The notes under the pieces: model-generated
Seen by the model: only the letters and a program-made list of their open reading frames with translations
Databases searched by the model: none
Told to the model about the DNA's origin: nothing
Shown: positions 26,630 through 39,000 of the stretch, one piece after another
Position numbering within the stretch: position 1 is the stretch's first letter
Layout of the letters: every line of letters begins with the position of its first letter
Assembly (NCBI RefSeq): GCF_041956535.1
Contig: NW_027192197.1
Location: 135,829-199,828, forward strand
Direction of reading: 5' to 3'
Length of the DNA stretch: 64,000 nucleotides
Source: Calcarisporiella thermophila CBS 279.70
Taxonomy: Eukaryota > Fungi > Calcarisporiellomycota
Program-made: the position numbers and the translations under genes

Positions 26630-26929
26630 TCTGGTAGGGATTATTCTAGAGCGGGCAAAGGCCTCAAATTTGAGCAAACAAAAACCGAAATTGTGACTTC
26701 CCTCCCAATTTTATGCAGTAATCGTGTCAAGCAGACCCTCTCTTTTCTTCAGAAATGCTCAGGGAATCAAAGGCGAACCAAGGAAAATAAGGCTCAGGGA
26801 AATTTTATGAAAATGAAGGTGGTGTGGAGAAGGATATAAAGATTAGAGGAATGATTAGATAGATAATTGTGTATGAAAGTGTGAATCAGGGTAGGAAATG
26901 TATATGGATGAGTTGGTTCAAAAAATAGA

Positions 26930-27802
26930 TCAAAGCCGGTCAACAATCATTGTTACAAATTCTTGCAGCACTCTCCCATCGGGATGGCTGATTCCCTGCT
27001 CGGGCAGTGTGTACGGTCTCACGTCGCTGAATTCCACCTCCAGTCGGTCCGTCAGTTCCCTCACTACCCTTCCTATGTCCCCTTGTACATCTTGCCACAG
27101 TGAGGGAACGGCCACATGGACCTCTGCGAGAAATCGGCGCATATGTGTGACAAGTTGGGCGTCAAGAGAGGCTATGATATTCGATGCATTCTTCAGTAGG
27201 CAGTCTGATAGAGACGTGGGGGGCAAGGATTGGGGCATTGTAAGAGGACACTTGGAGTGGAGGTGTGATTCCAAGGCGGGTGGGGCAAGGAGATCGAGGA
27301 GGGGCGAGTTACTGAAAAGGTGAGGGATTTGGTCGTTTATGTGGGCTGCCCATACCAACCGTTACAAGTATGTATGAAATAGAGCGAAGAACACACATTA
27401 ATCATGCATCTCGATAGCGCATTGGTGAATTAACAACATACCATTAATCCCAGCATCCACCTGAGCCCTCAAGATGTCCACGTCCAAATCGGTTTCAACC
27501 GTGTTCCACCCATTGTCTTCTCGCCATTTGACGCGTACTGCTTGTCTGAAGCTGGATGCGATATTGGACGCTGCACGATCAAAAACAGGTTCAAGGAGGT
27601 CGTTGTAGTGGTGTGAGAGATAGACGGCCAACTGATGCGTGTCGATAGAGGGACCGGGCAAATTAGACATGGGCCTGTCGGCTAGAAGAATATGCTGTGT
27701 GGGGACGGGTGCGGATGTTGTAAGGGAGAGAATCGCAAAGAACAAAAGGAGAAGACTGAGGGTCGTGCTCTTACTGCACACGACCCCATCCGTTGAAGTC
27801 AT
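26930..27802 (-). CDS. Hypothetical secreted or signal-anchored helical protein (two exons)
   Basis: Hydrophobic segment LSLLLLFFAILSLTTSAP. ORFs 27398..27922 and 26930..27358 are separated by a short GT-AG intron. No family recognised. Confidence 0.6.
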
Positions 27803-28069
27803 GGATGCTGCGGGGGGCAATAGGCGGCAATCAGGGTTGGATGGAATGAAGGGCTTGTTCAAACTGAGGGAAGGAATGGGAGAGTAGCCTTTGATTGAAT
27901 TAACGGAAAAGGCCGTTATCACTAGGCAATTAGAGGGGGCTAGTGTTAATTTATGATGATCTACACCTTTACATCAACGGGAGAGATCGGCTTTTTGATC
28001 AGGGTGACTGGCACCAAACCAGTTTGGCAATCATTGAAATTGTTTTCTATTTATTCCCTCGATCAATAT

Positions 28070-29559
28070 TTACAAATCCAACTCGCCCTCATTTAAGCTG
28101 CTTGGCAGAGGCTTCAAGTCGGGCTCAACGAACCTAAGAAACACGGCCCATTGCATGAGTGATTTACACCAACTTGGGACAAGCACTGCATCACACTTAC
28201 TCTTGCCTCGACCTCTCGCTTCTCAGGACGTCTTGGCTAAAGTACTGGTGGATGTATTTTCGGTCTGCAAGGTTCGGGTGCCGCCTCATGAACTCAAAGA
28301 AGTTGTCGACCTCCTCATCGCCTAGCCGCCGTTTGTCCGCCTGCACCGCCAGGTCTATGATATGGATGAAAAAGCTGGTGATGGTTTCGTGGTATGGATG
28401 GGAAAGGTGTGGGTTGCGCGCGTTGTACTTGCGGATCCCCTCTCTAATAGCAGCCAAAGTAGATCCATTAAAATCATATCTCCGTGCATGAAGCCAGAGC
28501 ACAAGAAAAGAAACTAAAGAGAGTTTGGCAGGCAGCATTACTTGATTAAAGGAGAGGCCACTTGCTTGCCTCTTGACCGGATATAGTTCCACGCCATCCG
28601 CACATGGGCACGATGCGACCATTCGCGGGGATCAAGGGTCTGCTCCTCAAACGCCTGCATGAAAACCTCCTCCCCGATGCTCCTATACGTCCGCTCATAG
28701 TAGAGCAGCGGCTTTGCCTCCTCCACCACGCCCATCCTGCCCCCCACTCCGTGTTCCACCTTTTCGACTTCGCCGATCCAAAGCTCATGGTCGCCCACCT
28801 GCAAAACACCCTCTGCCTTGCACACCATGGCGCCAACCGCGCCCATAAGCACGGGAATACCGTGGTCGGTGAGGTGGTGAGGGATGTTCACGAAGGGGTC
28901 CGTGGATGAGGGCGAAGAGAATGTGATGCTGTGTTGAATTTGTTCGCTGGAAAGCACGTGCAACACAAAGCGGTTCGCAGCATGGAGCACTTCGGATGCA
29001 CGAGAGGGTAGGCGTATACTAAACGCCACGAGCGGGCGTGGATGAAGCGCGATACTGGTGAATGAACTGACGGTAATTCCGCGGCGCTCTGACGGGTTGT
29101 GAGGGTTGGAGGTGGTTACGACAGCCACTGTATCCACAAATCGTCAACGAGGTCTTGATGAATACGAAAAACCCGAGCAAGCATCCTTACCAGGTTGCGG
29201 GACTTTGCGCATTATTTTTCGAACTTCTTCTGCCGTCCCCTTGTTTCCTTCTCTCGACAGATTCTCTCTAGCCACATTCCCAAGGCCTGTAAAGAATTTC
29301 ATAAATTTAGTGATTCTAGGGTTGATCTTTTAGCTACCCATAAGTCCATACTCTCTTCTCCATGGTGTGCTACCTCTCCGGAAAATCCTAGCTTTTGCAT
29401 TCGGAACGGCGTTTTTACCACAGCCCCGATTTTAGCGATACTGGGAGGCCCATCTTTGGGTTTAAGACCGGGTATATTCTGGGCTACCCCTCGTAAAGCA
29501 ATAGCGGTCCGCTGTGCGTCTTTGAGCCGTAGTAGTAGCCGTTGGCCAATGGTTGCCAT
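28070..29559 (-). CDS. Flavin reductase-like domain fused to an uncharacterised C-terminal domain; probable mitochondrial presequence
   Basis: MATIGQRLLLRLKDAQR..., MRKVPQP|VAVVTT...GITVSSFTSIALHPRPLVAFSI...GDHELWIGEV...PLLY, then FEEQTLDPREWSHRAHVRMAW...IK|EGIRKYN...YHETIT...|FVEPDLKPLP. All four introns are GT-AG and keep frame. Confidence 0.85.
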
Positions 29560-29779
29560 GAACAAAGTAATTTATATAATATTAGTTTCGGTGAGTCGAT
29601 TCGATGGAGAGGGGATTGTGAAGGGAGTGCTGCGCACAAACAGTCACGACGGCCTTGTCCATTACGGAAAGATCCAAAACGAATCCTATTCACGGTCACC
29701 TTTACAACAAGGAATAAACTTACAAATGCAAAACCAATTAAAAAAGACATCTAGAAGAAATGCTTTATCTATATCTCTG

Positions 29780-31696
29780 TCAAATTAAATAGGGAGAGTC
29801 AATAAATGCAAAGCCAGCAGCAACGCCACCTTCGTTTATATTTCTTGGCTTTGTTCTCAGCAAATGGCCACCGGCAAAGTTGGCCTTTTCTATCGCCTCT
29901 CCTTCTCCTCCTCCTTCTCCTCCTTTTCCTCCTCCCTCGGTTCCAATGAATACACCATAAATGCCCAGCTCGCTCACGATCTCACCTGCCAGTGCGATAC
30001 CCCCCTCTCTTAATAAAAGGTTTCGTGCTCCGGTCGGCGGTACAATCAAGTCCATCAGTATGTGTGCACGGCGCCCCTCGGGTGAGAGCTTGGAAAGAGC
30101 AGCTGGGATATCTTTTCCATAGATGTTGTGGCCTCCACCCTCTCGTTGTGGCTTCATAACAAATTTCTCGGGGGTGCGCATCGCCGCTTCTTGGGCGGCA
30201 ATGCCCTCTGGGGTGGAGTCGAGAGGATAGAGACCCGCGAACGTTGATCGGAGCTGCGCGCACTCATCAGCATTATATCCAAGACTATGGTTGAAAGATT
30301 TCCGTAAGCCATTCATCCAGTGAAAAGCAAAGTAGAACCGTCCAAAAAGGGGACTTACGCTTCAAGTCGGCCGGGCATAGCGAGTACCTGTTGTACTTTT
30401 TTCGAACCCACCAATTGATATGCTACGGTTGGACACTTGATTGCTTTGGAACGCTCTATTGTCAGGCGAGCACTCCATTCGATCTCCGAGATATATTCTT
30501 TTGGATCATATCCAGCTCGGAAATAAGCAACGGCAACCTCATATCCATCACTAGGTCAAAATAGGTTCGTCAATAAAAAAACAATCAAAAAAACATGCAT
30601 CGGGAGGGGTGAAGGGAGTCGACATTTACATTCTTAGCACCTTGCTTGCTTTGTCCAGTTCGCCACGCTCTCCAATATCAGTTAATGTTCGCCGAATAAG
30701 TAGGATGTTATATCTAGTTTGGATAAAATAAAATTGAAAACTATTCAGTGATAAATGATTGCAGCTCTGTCGCGAAGAATATTACCTTTCCAATAGGGTA
30801 TATTCTGCCCATCGCTGATCGAACGCATTTCTTTCACCTGGTTGGACGATGATCATCGCTACCGCACTTTGATTCAACAGAGGATTAGCTAACATCAACC
30901 CAAGATGAAACGCAATATAGAACTTACTTTTTTACACCATATATTTCATGAGATAGCGCAATTCCTTTGGCCAGTGAATTGAGGGCTTCGTTCTTAGGTA
31001 GTGCGGTGGAGTCAATGGCTTGCTGCGAGTTTTTGTCGAGGAAAAAGCCGGTCGTTTGATGGAGATATCGATGCAACTCGCCAGTAAGAGTGGAAAGACT
31101 GCCGAAGCTGGAGGCAATCGTGTTGAATTCCACTTGTCGAATGGCCAGATCACCTGTCTCTTGTTGTGTATGAAGGAGGTAGTCACAACGGTGGAAGCCA
31201 AATGAAATAGGCTTTAAAAGAAAGCACAAAAGCACTCAATCGTTTGGCACAAGATTATGCAACTTAGCCGTTACTTACTTGGGCGATCCCTTCCTTCCTC
31301 ACCTGGCAATAAATGTCATAGAGTTGTTTCATGAAATCGTCGACGGTTGAAAGACTATGAAATCCAAGATTATAATCCTACACTTCTAACTTCGAATTAT
31401 ATCGCCGAAGCTCACCTTTCCATGACTTCTCTCAGGAAATTTTCATCGGTTGCGCACCGATGAATCAGCCTATTGAATAATGGCTGCACCGCAACAGCCC
31501 GCTCGAAACAGTGGCGGGGAAATGGAGATGGAAAAAGAGCAACTGGGGCGTGAGTCACATACGCGTCTGATGAATTTGCATTCGAGGCCGAGGGGCGAAT
31601 GACAAGGCCGCGTCCGAGTGCAAAATCGACGGCCAGATCGCGGAGCTGTTTGAGTTGTTTGGGAGGAAGCTGAGGCGGATAGTCGGGGAGAACCAT
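29780..31696 (-). CDS. GSH2: Glutathione synthetase (eukaryotic type)
   Basis: THAPVALFPSPFPR, RCDYL...QVEFNTIASSF, KCPTVAYQLVGSKKVQQ, KPQREGGGHN, SELGIYG and EGGVAAGF..DSPYL. Confidence 0.97.
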
Positions 31697-32345
31697 TTAG
31701 GATTGTATTGGATGAATTAGCAACTTGATCGAGGCACTTTTATATAGAAAATGGAAAATATAAGAATGGGACGGTTGAAGAGCAATAGTTTTAGATGTCA
31801 ATCATTAGTCAGCGCGGTGTTGTAATAATCTGACTGCATCCTTTCTACCTAATTTTGCTCTGGTCGTACGAAAATCTATGTATTCATGCCTATTTTCCGA
31901 GCTAGAGGACCTTTCTCAAAGTCCATGTACATTCTCTCGTCCTGTAAACGAAAGGCGCCTTGTAGCCACCGAAGAGGAACCAAAACCGTCATTAGTATCT
32001 TAAGAGGCTTCGGACCTATTTCTCTTTCGGATCCCCATCGCAAAAATACCCCGAAATAGCATGCCAGATAGGACACGGTAGACTTGATTCCAAAGCGAGT
32101 CTCTACGATGGCTCGTAATTGCTACTATTCTCAGAAGAGTACTTGGATACTTCAAAACTATGGATTCACGAGGTCCATAACTAATAGATACTTGCAAAAA
32201 GGATGGATAGTCTCGTTGTTTTTTATTATTTTGTTATTAAATCCAGTACTAAAACAAAAATTGCAAAGAAAATAAAATAGCGTTTATGACACAAACTCCA
32301 TCAGCCAACATTTGTTTATCAGAAATGATCAAGGCGTGTATACTC

Positions 32346-33257
32346 TCAAAATATTTCCGAGGATGGGCGGATGTCCAGTTCATGAGTCCATACGCTCTTG
32401 TCCTGCTGGTAGAGATGGAAATAGGTCTCGGCTATCTTGTCCGGGTTCAACATTTTCCCATCCTCCAGGTTGGTCATTGACTTGGTGCTATCATTTCAAG
32501 CTCGTTAATCACTCATCATCCTATAACAAAGCTGGTCCTGTAACTTACCGGTCACTGCGAATAATACCATCGACAATGACGTGACTAATATGGATTCCTT
32601 GCGGTTGGAATTCACGGGCAAGCGATTGCACTAGGGCCCGAAGGCCGAACTTGCCGGTCGAGAGAGTAGCAAATCTAAACATGGATGAAGTGATCAATAC
32701 AGCGGATCAGGTAGAAGCGTTAAAAGAGGATTCGTTGTACTTTGCTGAGCCCCTCAGAGAAGCAGTGGCCCCCGTGAAAAGCAGAGTCCCTTTATTGTTC
32801 TTCAGCATTCGCGGAATGAGCTGTTGCGAAAACAAAAGCGCTCCCAAACTAATAAAAAAAAAGACCTGAGTCAGCTCTCGTGCTCTTAGTTCTTGGAGTT
32901 CTTCTCTCATCATTACCAGTTCACCTTCCAAACATTAGTGAATTTCTCGGGGTCAATTTCCAAAATGCTCTCTCTGCTAAAACCTCCTGCATTATAAATT
33001 CCCACTTCCCATGCCGCTGAGGACCCGTATTTTTGCTCAATTTGCTCGAATGCATTTTTCACGGATTCCGGTGAGGTGATGTCGCACTGGAACGATGCGG
33101 CATTCCCCCCTTGTTTCGTGATGTCGGACTGTAGCTGGGTGAGGAAATCTTGGTTGCGAGCAAGCATAGCGACAGAAAGATTCTGGCTGGCAAATTTGCG
33201 AGCAAGTGACGCGCCAAGGCCAGGACCAACGCCAACGATAACGGCTAATTTCGACAT
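32346..33257 (-). CDS. Short-chain dehydrogenase/reductase, atypical active site
   Basis: VGVGPGLG, YNAG, FTGATASLRG, KFGLRALVQSLAREFQPQGIH and WTHELDIRP, with three introns. Confidence 0.93.
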
Positions 33258-33812
33258 TGTGATGGGTGAAAAAAAGTGACGTGGAGAACGCTCGGTGGGA
33301 AAGTACTGGGCTCGCGTCTTTTATACCACCTCATTTGCCACTATTTGACTGTACTTTTTCCCCCGCCACAGGGCTGTTGATTAGTCAAGGATTTCGAAAT
33401 CGGGAGGCTTCGAAGGCATTAGAAATCGTATTCGTGTGATCTACAATTGCTTAGTAAATTTTAGGAGCTATTGGTTTTTTTCATGACTTCCCTCAATATT
33501 CCTTTATCCGCTCGTTTGACACCAACATGTCATCTCGCCTTATACTCTCGTAATTAGACTCTCCCATCCCTACCACACGTCATTTGAGCGCCCGTGCAGG
33601 CATATGTCATTGGGGAATATTAAGCAATTATATCACTTTGAATATCGTATATATCCCGTATGCAGGCGGGAGTGGGGGAGTCCAAAGTTTGATCGACGCC
33701 TTTGACATAATGCTGCATAGATAGAGCAGGCAATTTAATATAAATTGCAAACGCGAAGAACACTTCGCGCTATTTCTTCATCCATCTTTACTTTTTCTCA
33801 AAGAAACTCAAA

Positions 33813-34424
33813 ATGCTTTCATTTCTTCGACATGTACACTTTGCATTAGGGTTCGTTTGTCTAGTTGGCCTGCTGGTCAGCGCAGGAAATGCAAAGGAGA
33901 CCCTGGCTGTGTCCACCACAGGTATATGAAGAGCCTTTTGTGCTCGCCTGCAAATGTCACAAAACCATTCTTAACTTTGGTCACATGCAGGACATAGAAT
34001 CGAGAAGCGCCATGGCCATTTTTCCTCGGCCAAAGAGTCCAAGCACGAGAGCGAGCAGAAGAAGCCGGAGAAAGTGCGGGGCGGCAAGCACAAGGAGGTG
34101 GTCAGAAAGAAGATCAAGAGCAAACCTCACCATTCGTTGTTGATGTCAAGTCACCAGCGCGAGGTGACCGTGTCAACGCGAGCGGGAACAACGATTCCCA
34201 CCTCCAGCTTACCCTCCACCCTCCCGTCCACACCGGCTCCCAACCTTGCGCAGGCCTCTAGCACTGGCGTCGGGCCCTCTTCGCCCGGCTCCCAGGCCGG
34301 GAAGAGCCAGGACCCGCAGCGGACCCAGACGCTTTTCGAGTCCGGGGCCGCGCGGCTGCGCCCCGCCGTTGTTTTATTGCTGGCGCTTGTCAGCACCGCA
34401 GTCATCGAACGGCTCCCGTTGTAG
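33813..34424 (+). CDS. Secreted, probably GPI-anchored His/Lys-rich surface protein
   Basis: Signal peptide MLSFLRHVHFALGFVCLVGLLVSA, intron 33922..33990, HRIEKRHGH, a basic segment, an S/T/P stalk, and SGAA plus a hydrophobic C-terminus. Confidence 0.75.
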
Positions 34425-34841
34425 TTGGTGAGCGGGGGGAAGCATAGCAAGCGCTGATAATTATAAAACCGAGAGCTCAGGCTTATATTAGCTTTAGACC
34501 AAATAATTTTATTTTGGAACATGACCCGTGGAGTTGCGGCCGAACTTATCGATGACCGAGCACAACCCACAAAAATTGCTCTCCGCCGTTTTCCATTGGA
34601 AATCTCGCGGGGGGCCTCATCAGCTTCGCGGTGGAGCCCGGGGCACTGATCAGCACCGACAGCAATTGCACCTTCATTTCCGGATGCGGGCTCATTTTCA
34701 TTTTGCATCCTATAAATAACGCCGGCCTCCCCTAAACCAAATCCGCCTTGCATCTTGCTTTCCCCCCTTCTCTCTGTTTCCCTCGGTTTCTCTTCCATCC
34801 TAGTACTTTTGTAGCTAATCCTAATCCTTGCGTCCCCCAAC

Positions 34842-35357
34842 ATGGCCAGGCTCAACCGCATTCTTCTTACCTCCATGGTTGCCCTCCTCCTTGCCGCCGC
34901 CGTGACCAAGGCTGCCCATGAGGGAGAGGCCCACGAGGGCGAAACCACCTCGAGCGTCGGGCAGGACGGCCCCACCATCACTGAGGTCGCCTCCGAGGGC
35001 TCGGAGGAGCAGGCTACCACCTCGGCTTCCGAGAGCTCCAGCTCTGCAACCGGCTCCGTTGCAATCACGTCGCCGGCCAGCGCGCCCGTTTCCTCCAGCT
35101 CATCTTTGACCAGCGCTGCGGCCTCCAGCGCGACCCCTCCCCCCACTGCTTTCTCGGCCTCGGCCTCTGTTGCAAGTGTCTCGGTCTCCTCTGCTCTCTC
35201 TGCTCGGCCAAGCAGCAGCGCTGCATCCGCCGTGTCCTCTCGGCCGGCTGCTGCCTCCACCTCCTCACGGCCAAATAGCGCGTCAAGTGCATCGGGTATC
35301 GCTGCTGGCTCTGCTTTGATGCTTCCTGTGGTGGCTGCCCTGAATATGCTGTTGTAG
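34842..35357 (+). CDS. Ser/Ala-rich GPI-anchored cell-surface protein
   Basis: Signal peptide, AHEGEAHEGE, S/A/T-rich body, omega-like NSAS and hydrophobic tail. TATAAA at ~34711. Confidence 0.85.
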   Translation: MARLNRILLTSMVALLLAAAVTKAAHEGEAHEGETTSSVGQDGPTITEVASEGSEEQATTSASESSSSATGSVAITSPASAPVSSSSSLTSAAASSATPPPTAFSASASVASVSVSSALSARPSSSAASAVSSRPAAASTSSRPNSASSASGIAAGSALMLPVVAALNMLL

Positions 35358-36089
35358 AGGAGAGAGAAAAACTTGTTAGATTGTGTGATTTTATTTCCGC
35401 TTAGTTCTGTATTCCAATGATCGGTATTTCTACTTTATTGACACCCTCAATAATTAAACGCATTTTTTACTATACATTAAACGGGAACTTGGATATGATA
35501 CTGGAATCGCTGGAATGCCAGCTACCCCTCATTCCTCAAATTTTTCTTGGCAATGTTCAAATAGTCAACGGAAGATAGCAGCATCATGGGGGGGGGGTTA
35601 ATATCGAGATAAAAATTCACTTAATGCACGTATGCTCCTCCCTCATCTCTTTCTCTCTATTACTTAAGGAAAAGCGAGGAGAGTGCTAGTCTACACTAAG
35701 TTCAAAGAGTTTTTCGAGATGGTATCCAGTAAATGATGTGCAGACCAAGTGTATGATCTGGTCAGAATCTATAAAAGAAGTAGATTATAGGATCGCACAT
35801 AATACTACTCATGGATGAGAGATGCCTGTAATGTGAATGGGAACAGCCCTAGATAAATGTGGAGAAAGAGGTTATGGCCACATAACCTTGAACCATAGTA
35901 ATGTTTGAATAGGTATATTGGAGTGCCCAGCGGTGATATTCGCTGTTGAGCCCAAAGGAGGCAGGAACGGCTCTTGATTTGTTGCTGAAAAACAAAGGGT
36001 TATCTTCATGATATTCAAGTATATTAGAGAAAAGAAAACCATACAAACAAGCACAACAATGGAAAGGGGTGAGAAAAATAAACGATAAC

Positions 36090-39000
36090 TTAGGAAACCT
36101 CGCCTCCGCCAACACGGATCGCAAACCTAAACAGCTGTCCTAGGTCGACGTAGCGTCTTTGCGACCGCTCGATGTAACTCTTCACAGAGCGCTTCAGATG
36201 CTCTATGCTCGCATAATGCTGGTCGATGAGGCTAATCATCTCCTGCATATCGATGTCCCCACTGGCCCTTTTCTTGGCCTTTTCGATGTCTACCAGCGAG
36301 CTGTAGTAAACCAACTGGGTATACAGCGCCGAATCCGTGTACTATATAAATAAGGAGAGGGAGAGGTGAGGGGATGGGTTCCAAATCAACGTGGAAACAT
36401 CGATCCTACCTCGGGGGCCATCGATCCACGGCATCCCTGGTTCAGGCATCGTCTCCCGTAGACCGATATCATTCGCGTCCGATGCTGGCAGGATTGGTCG
36501 TCGCACACCATCCACCCCTCGTAGTACCTAGTAATGTGGGAGCGGATCTCCCCGATAAGCTGCACCTCCAGTGACGCAAGCGGCATGATTTGCGCACATT
36601 CAGGGCACACCAATCCCGAGCTTAGGCTTGGTTTCCCTTGCGTCTCTTCTTCAGGCTTGTTCTCCCTCACTACCCCAACGAACTCGCGGCGTTCCCCGCA
36701 GTGGGCACAGCGTGGTTGGAACTTATCCACCAATTTGAAGCGCTCCTCGTCGGGAATTTGGGATTCAAGGGTTTGCGCTCTTTCATCCGTGCTCGAGGTG
36801 GTCGAGCGGAACTTGGCGGGATCAAGCCCAAGACAGTCGGCAATGCGGGCTCCATCAGTGCCCTCAATAGGATCGCAGAGACGCGCAACAGGAGGATGAA
36901 CTTGTTGCTGCAAATACCACTCCAAATCTGACGAAGTAGTGAAGAGAGCATAGCGAGTTAATATCCATCCTATCCATCGGTGGGTTCCAGTGCAGTGGCA
37001 TCGACTCACCAATCTTCAAGCTCTCATTACGAAGTAAATCCTCGGGGTGATAGGCTCGCTCTGCAAAGCTCTTCCCGGCCATCTCACTCTCCGACAAGCA
37101 GATGACATAGGGTATTGTTTCGCCTGCGCGCACCATTTGCCCGCGAGCTTTCATTCGCAACGCCACCTGAACGTGGGGCTGTCCTTTGGCATCCGTGTAA
37201 TGCTCAGGGGGTTTGGTCAGATTCTATGAAAGAGATAATATGGAAATGAACATTTCCCTGCCATAAAAAAAAGGAGACATAAAGGGTGCTCTTCTTTGCA
37301 AACCTTGTAAATGACGAATTTTTCAATGGGAATGTTTCCTAGTCTCGCTTCTCGCGACACTTCGGACAAATGCTCATGAATTCGATTCACCACCTCCTCC
37401 TTGTCCACGCTGGAGAGAATCTGTTTAAGCACATATCCTGACACATCGTGCGACAGTCCACACCAGTCTCTGCGCACCAAGTCCAGCCCCTTGGTCTCCA
37501 TCGTGGTCTCCACCGTGCCGTCAGCACGCTCTTCCGTCACGAGAGCAGCATACTTCTTCTTCTTAAGCAGGAGCATCCGCCGGAAAAAGCCGTCCATCTC
37601 AATCTCAAGCCGGCGATACCGCTCGTTGACAAGCCGCTTGAGGTCATTGCCGATGCGCTTCACCTCATCGAGCTCGGTTTTGTCGGTGTAAATCATGATG
37701 GAGTCTGTGTCGCCATAGATAACATTCAAGTGGATGGATTCGGCGAGATCCACCGTATTTTGCAAGATTTCTCGACCCTTGGAGGTGATGAGCATGGCGA
37801 GCGGCTTGGCATAAAAACGCGAGCCAGTAAACCCAAGACACCCGTACATACTGTTGGCGGTCAGTTTGAGGGCCTTTTGTCGAATGTCCAGCTATAATAG
37901 GGACTTAAGCAAGAGAATCATGCATTGGAGTGCAATGAAGAGATTTACCTGGGTGTGTTCAGCGAGGGTGAGCTTTGGGTCTTTCATCAAACCTTTCACT
38001 TGTCGACGGCGCTCCACTAACACTCCAAGCAGCCGCGGAAGTATGCCCTCCTCGACTGAGCTACTTGGTACATCAGGAGTTTGATCTTCAACATCCTGCA
38101 AAATATGGAGAACAGGTCATTTAGAGTTCTACGGGTCTGTGGGTGGTTTAGAAGGAATTACCGCTCCCTTTTTGCGCTCCACAGTGGTAAAGCACACGTT
38201 GTATTCTTGAATAATCGACGGGTATAAGCTGTTGAAGTCCAGAAGTAGCACATATTTGTCATAGAGGCCTCGTTTGGGGTCGAGAACCAAACCTCCTGCA
38301 TAAGCAGGTTTTCGTCTACTGCCCCTTGACTTTGGATTATCTAGGGGGTAGAAGGATAAAATAGAGCCCAAATTAATTTTTTCTCCTCTTTCTCAACGGT
38401 TATCGGGAGAGCTTACCCTCTTCGTCCTCTTCTGCGTCGCCCGCTCCCTTTTTCGCAAACTTTCCGGCGTTTTTATCCGGGCAGATATACTTTCTCCGAT
38501 GGAATTCGTGGAGCAACAAATATTCGTTCCGCTCTGCCCGGCCACCCGTTAGAGTGCGCCCCCATAGATTTCCGGCAATTCTCGTGAGCTGTCTTGTCAG
38601 AGGGAGCACCTGCATTCTCTCCATGAGTTTTCCCGACAGGAAAGCGTCAAACTCACAGTGCTGGATGAGATGCACCAGTTCCCGAGCATTTGAAAAGCAC
38701 TCGGGCACCTTCTCGTGGCCCATATCTTCACGTTGGATACGTAGCTGCGTTAAGGCAAGTGTCTGCAGACTGTAGCTTTTAGAGCGAACAAGATCCTGGC
38801 ATAGGAAGCTTTAGGTTAGAAGATGCTTCGCTGGTCCTTACACTATCTAGTTTACCTTGGCAGCAAGATAAGTATCGCAAATTAATCTGCCGCTTACAAT
38901 CATACGCTGGATATAGGTGGAGTCGGTGTTTTGAAATTTAGGCCATCTGGGTTGGATTCAAGAGAAAAAATCAATCCTGTGTCTGCGGCAGCCAAATCTC

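Noticed and set aside
34151-35260. Long 369-aa minus-strand ORF
   Set aside because: It is the antisense shadow of two GC-rich plus-strand genes that have clear signal and GPI features. The same applies to 7952..8779 and 17547..18098.
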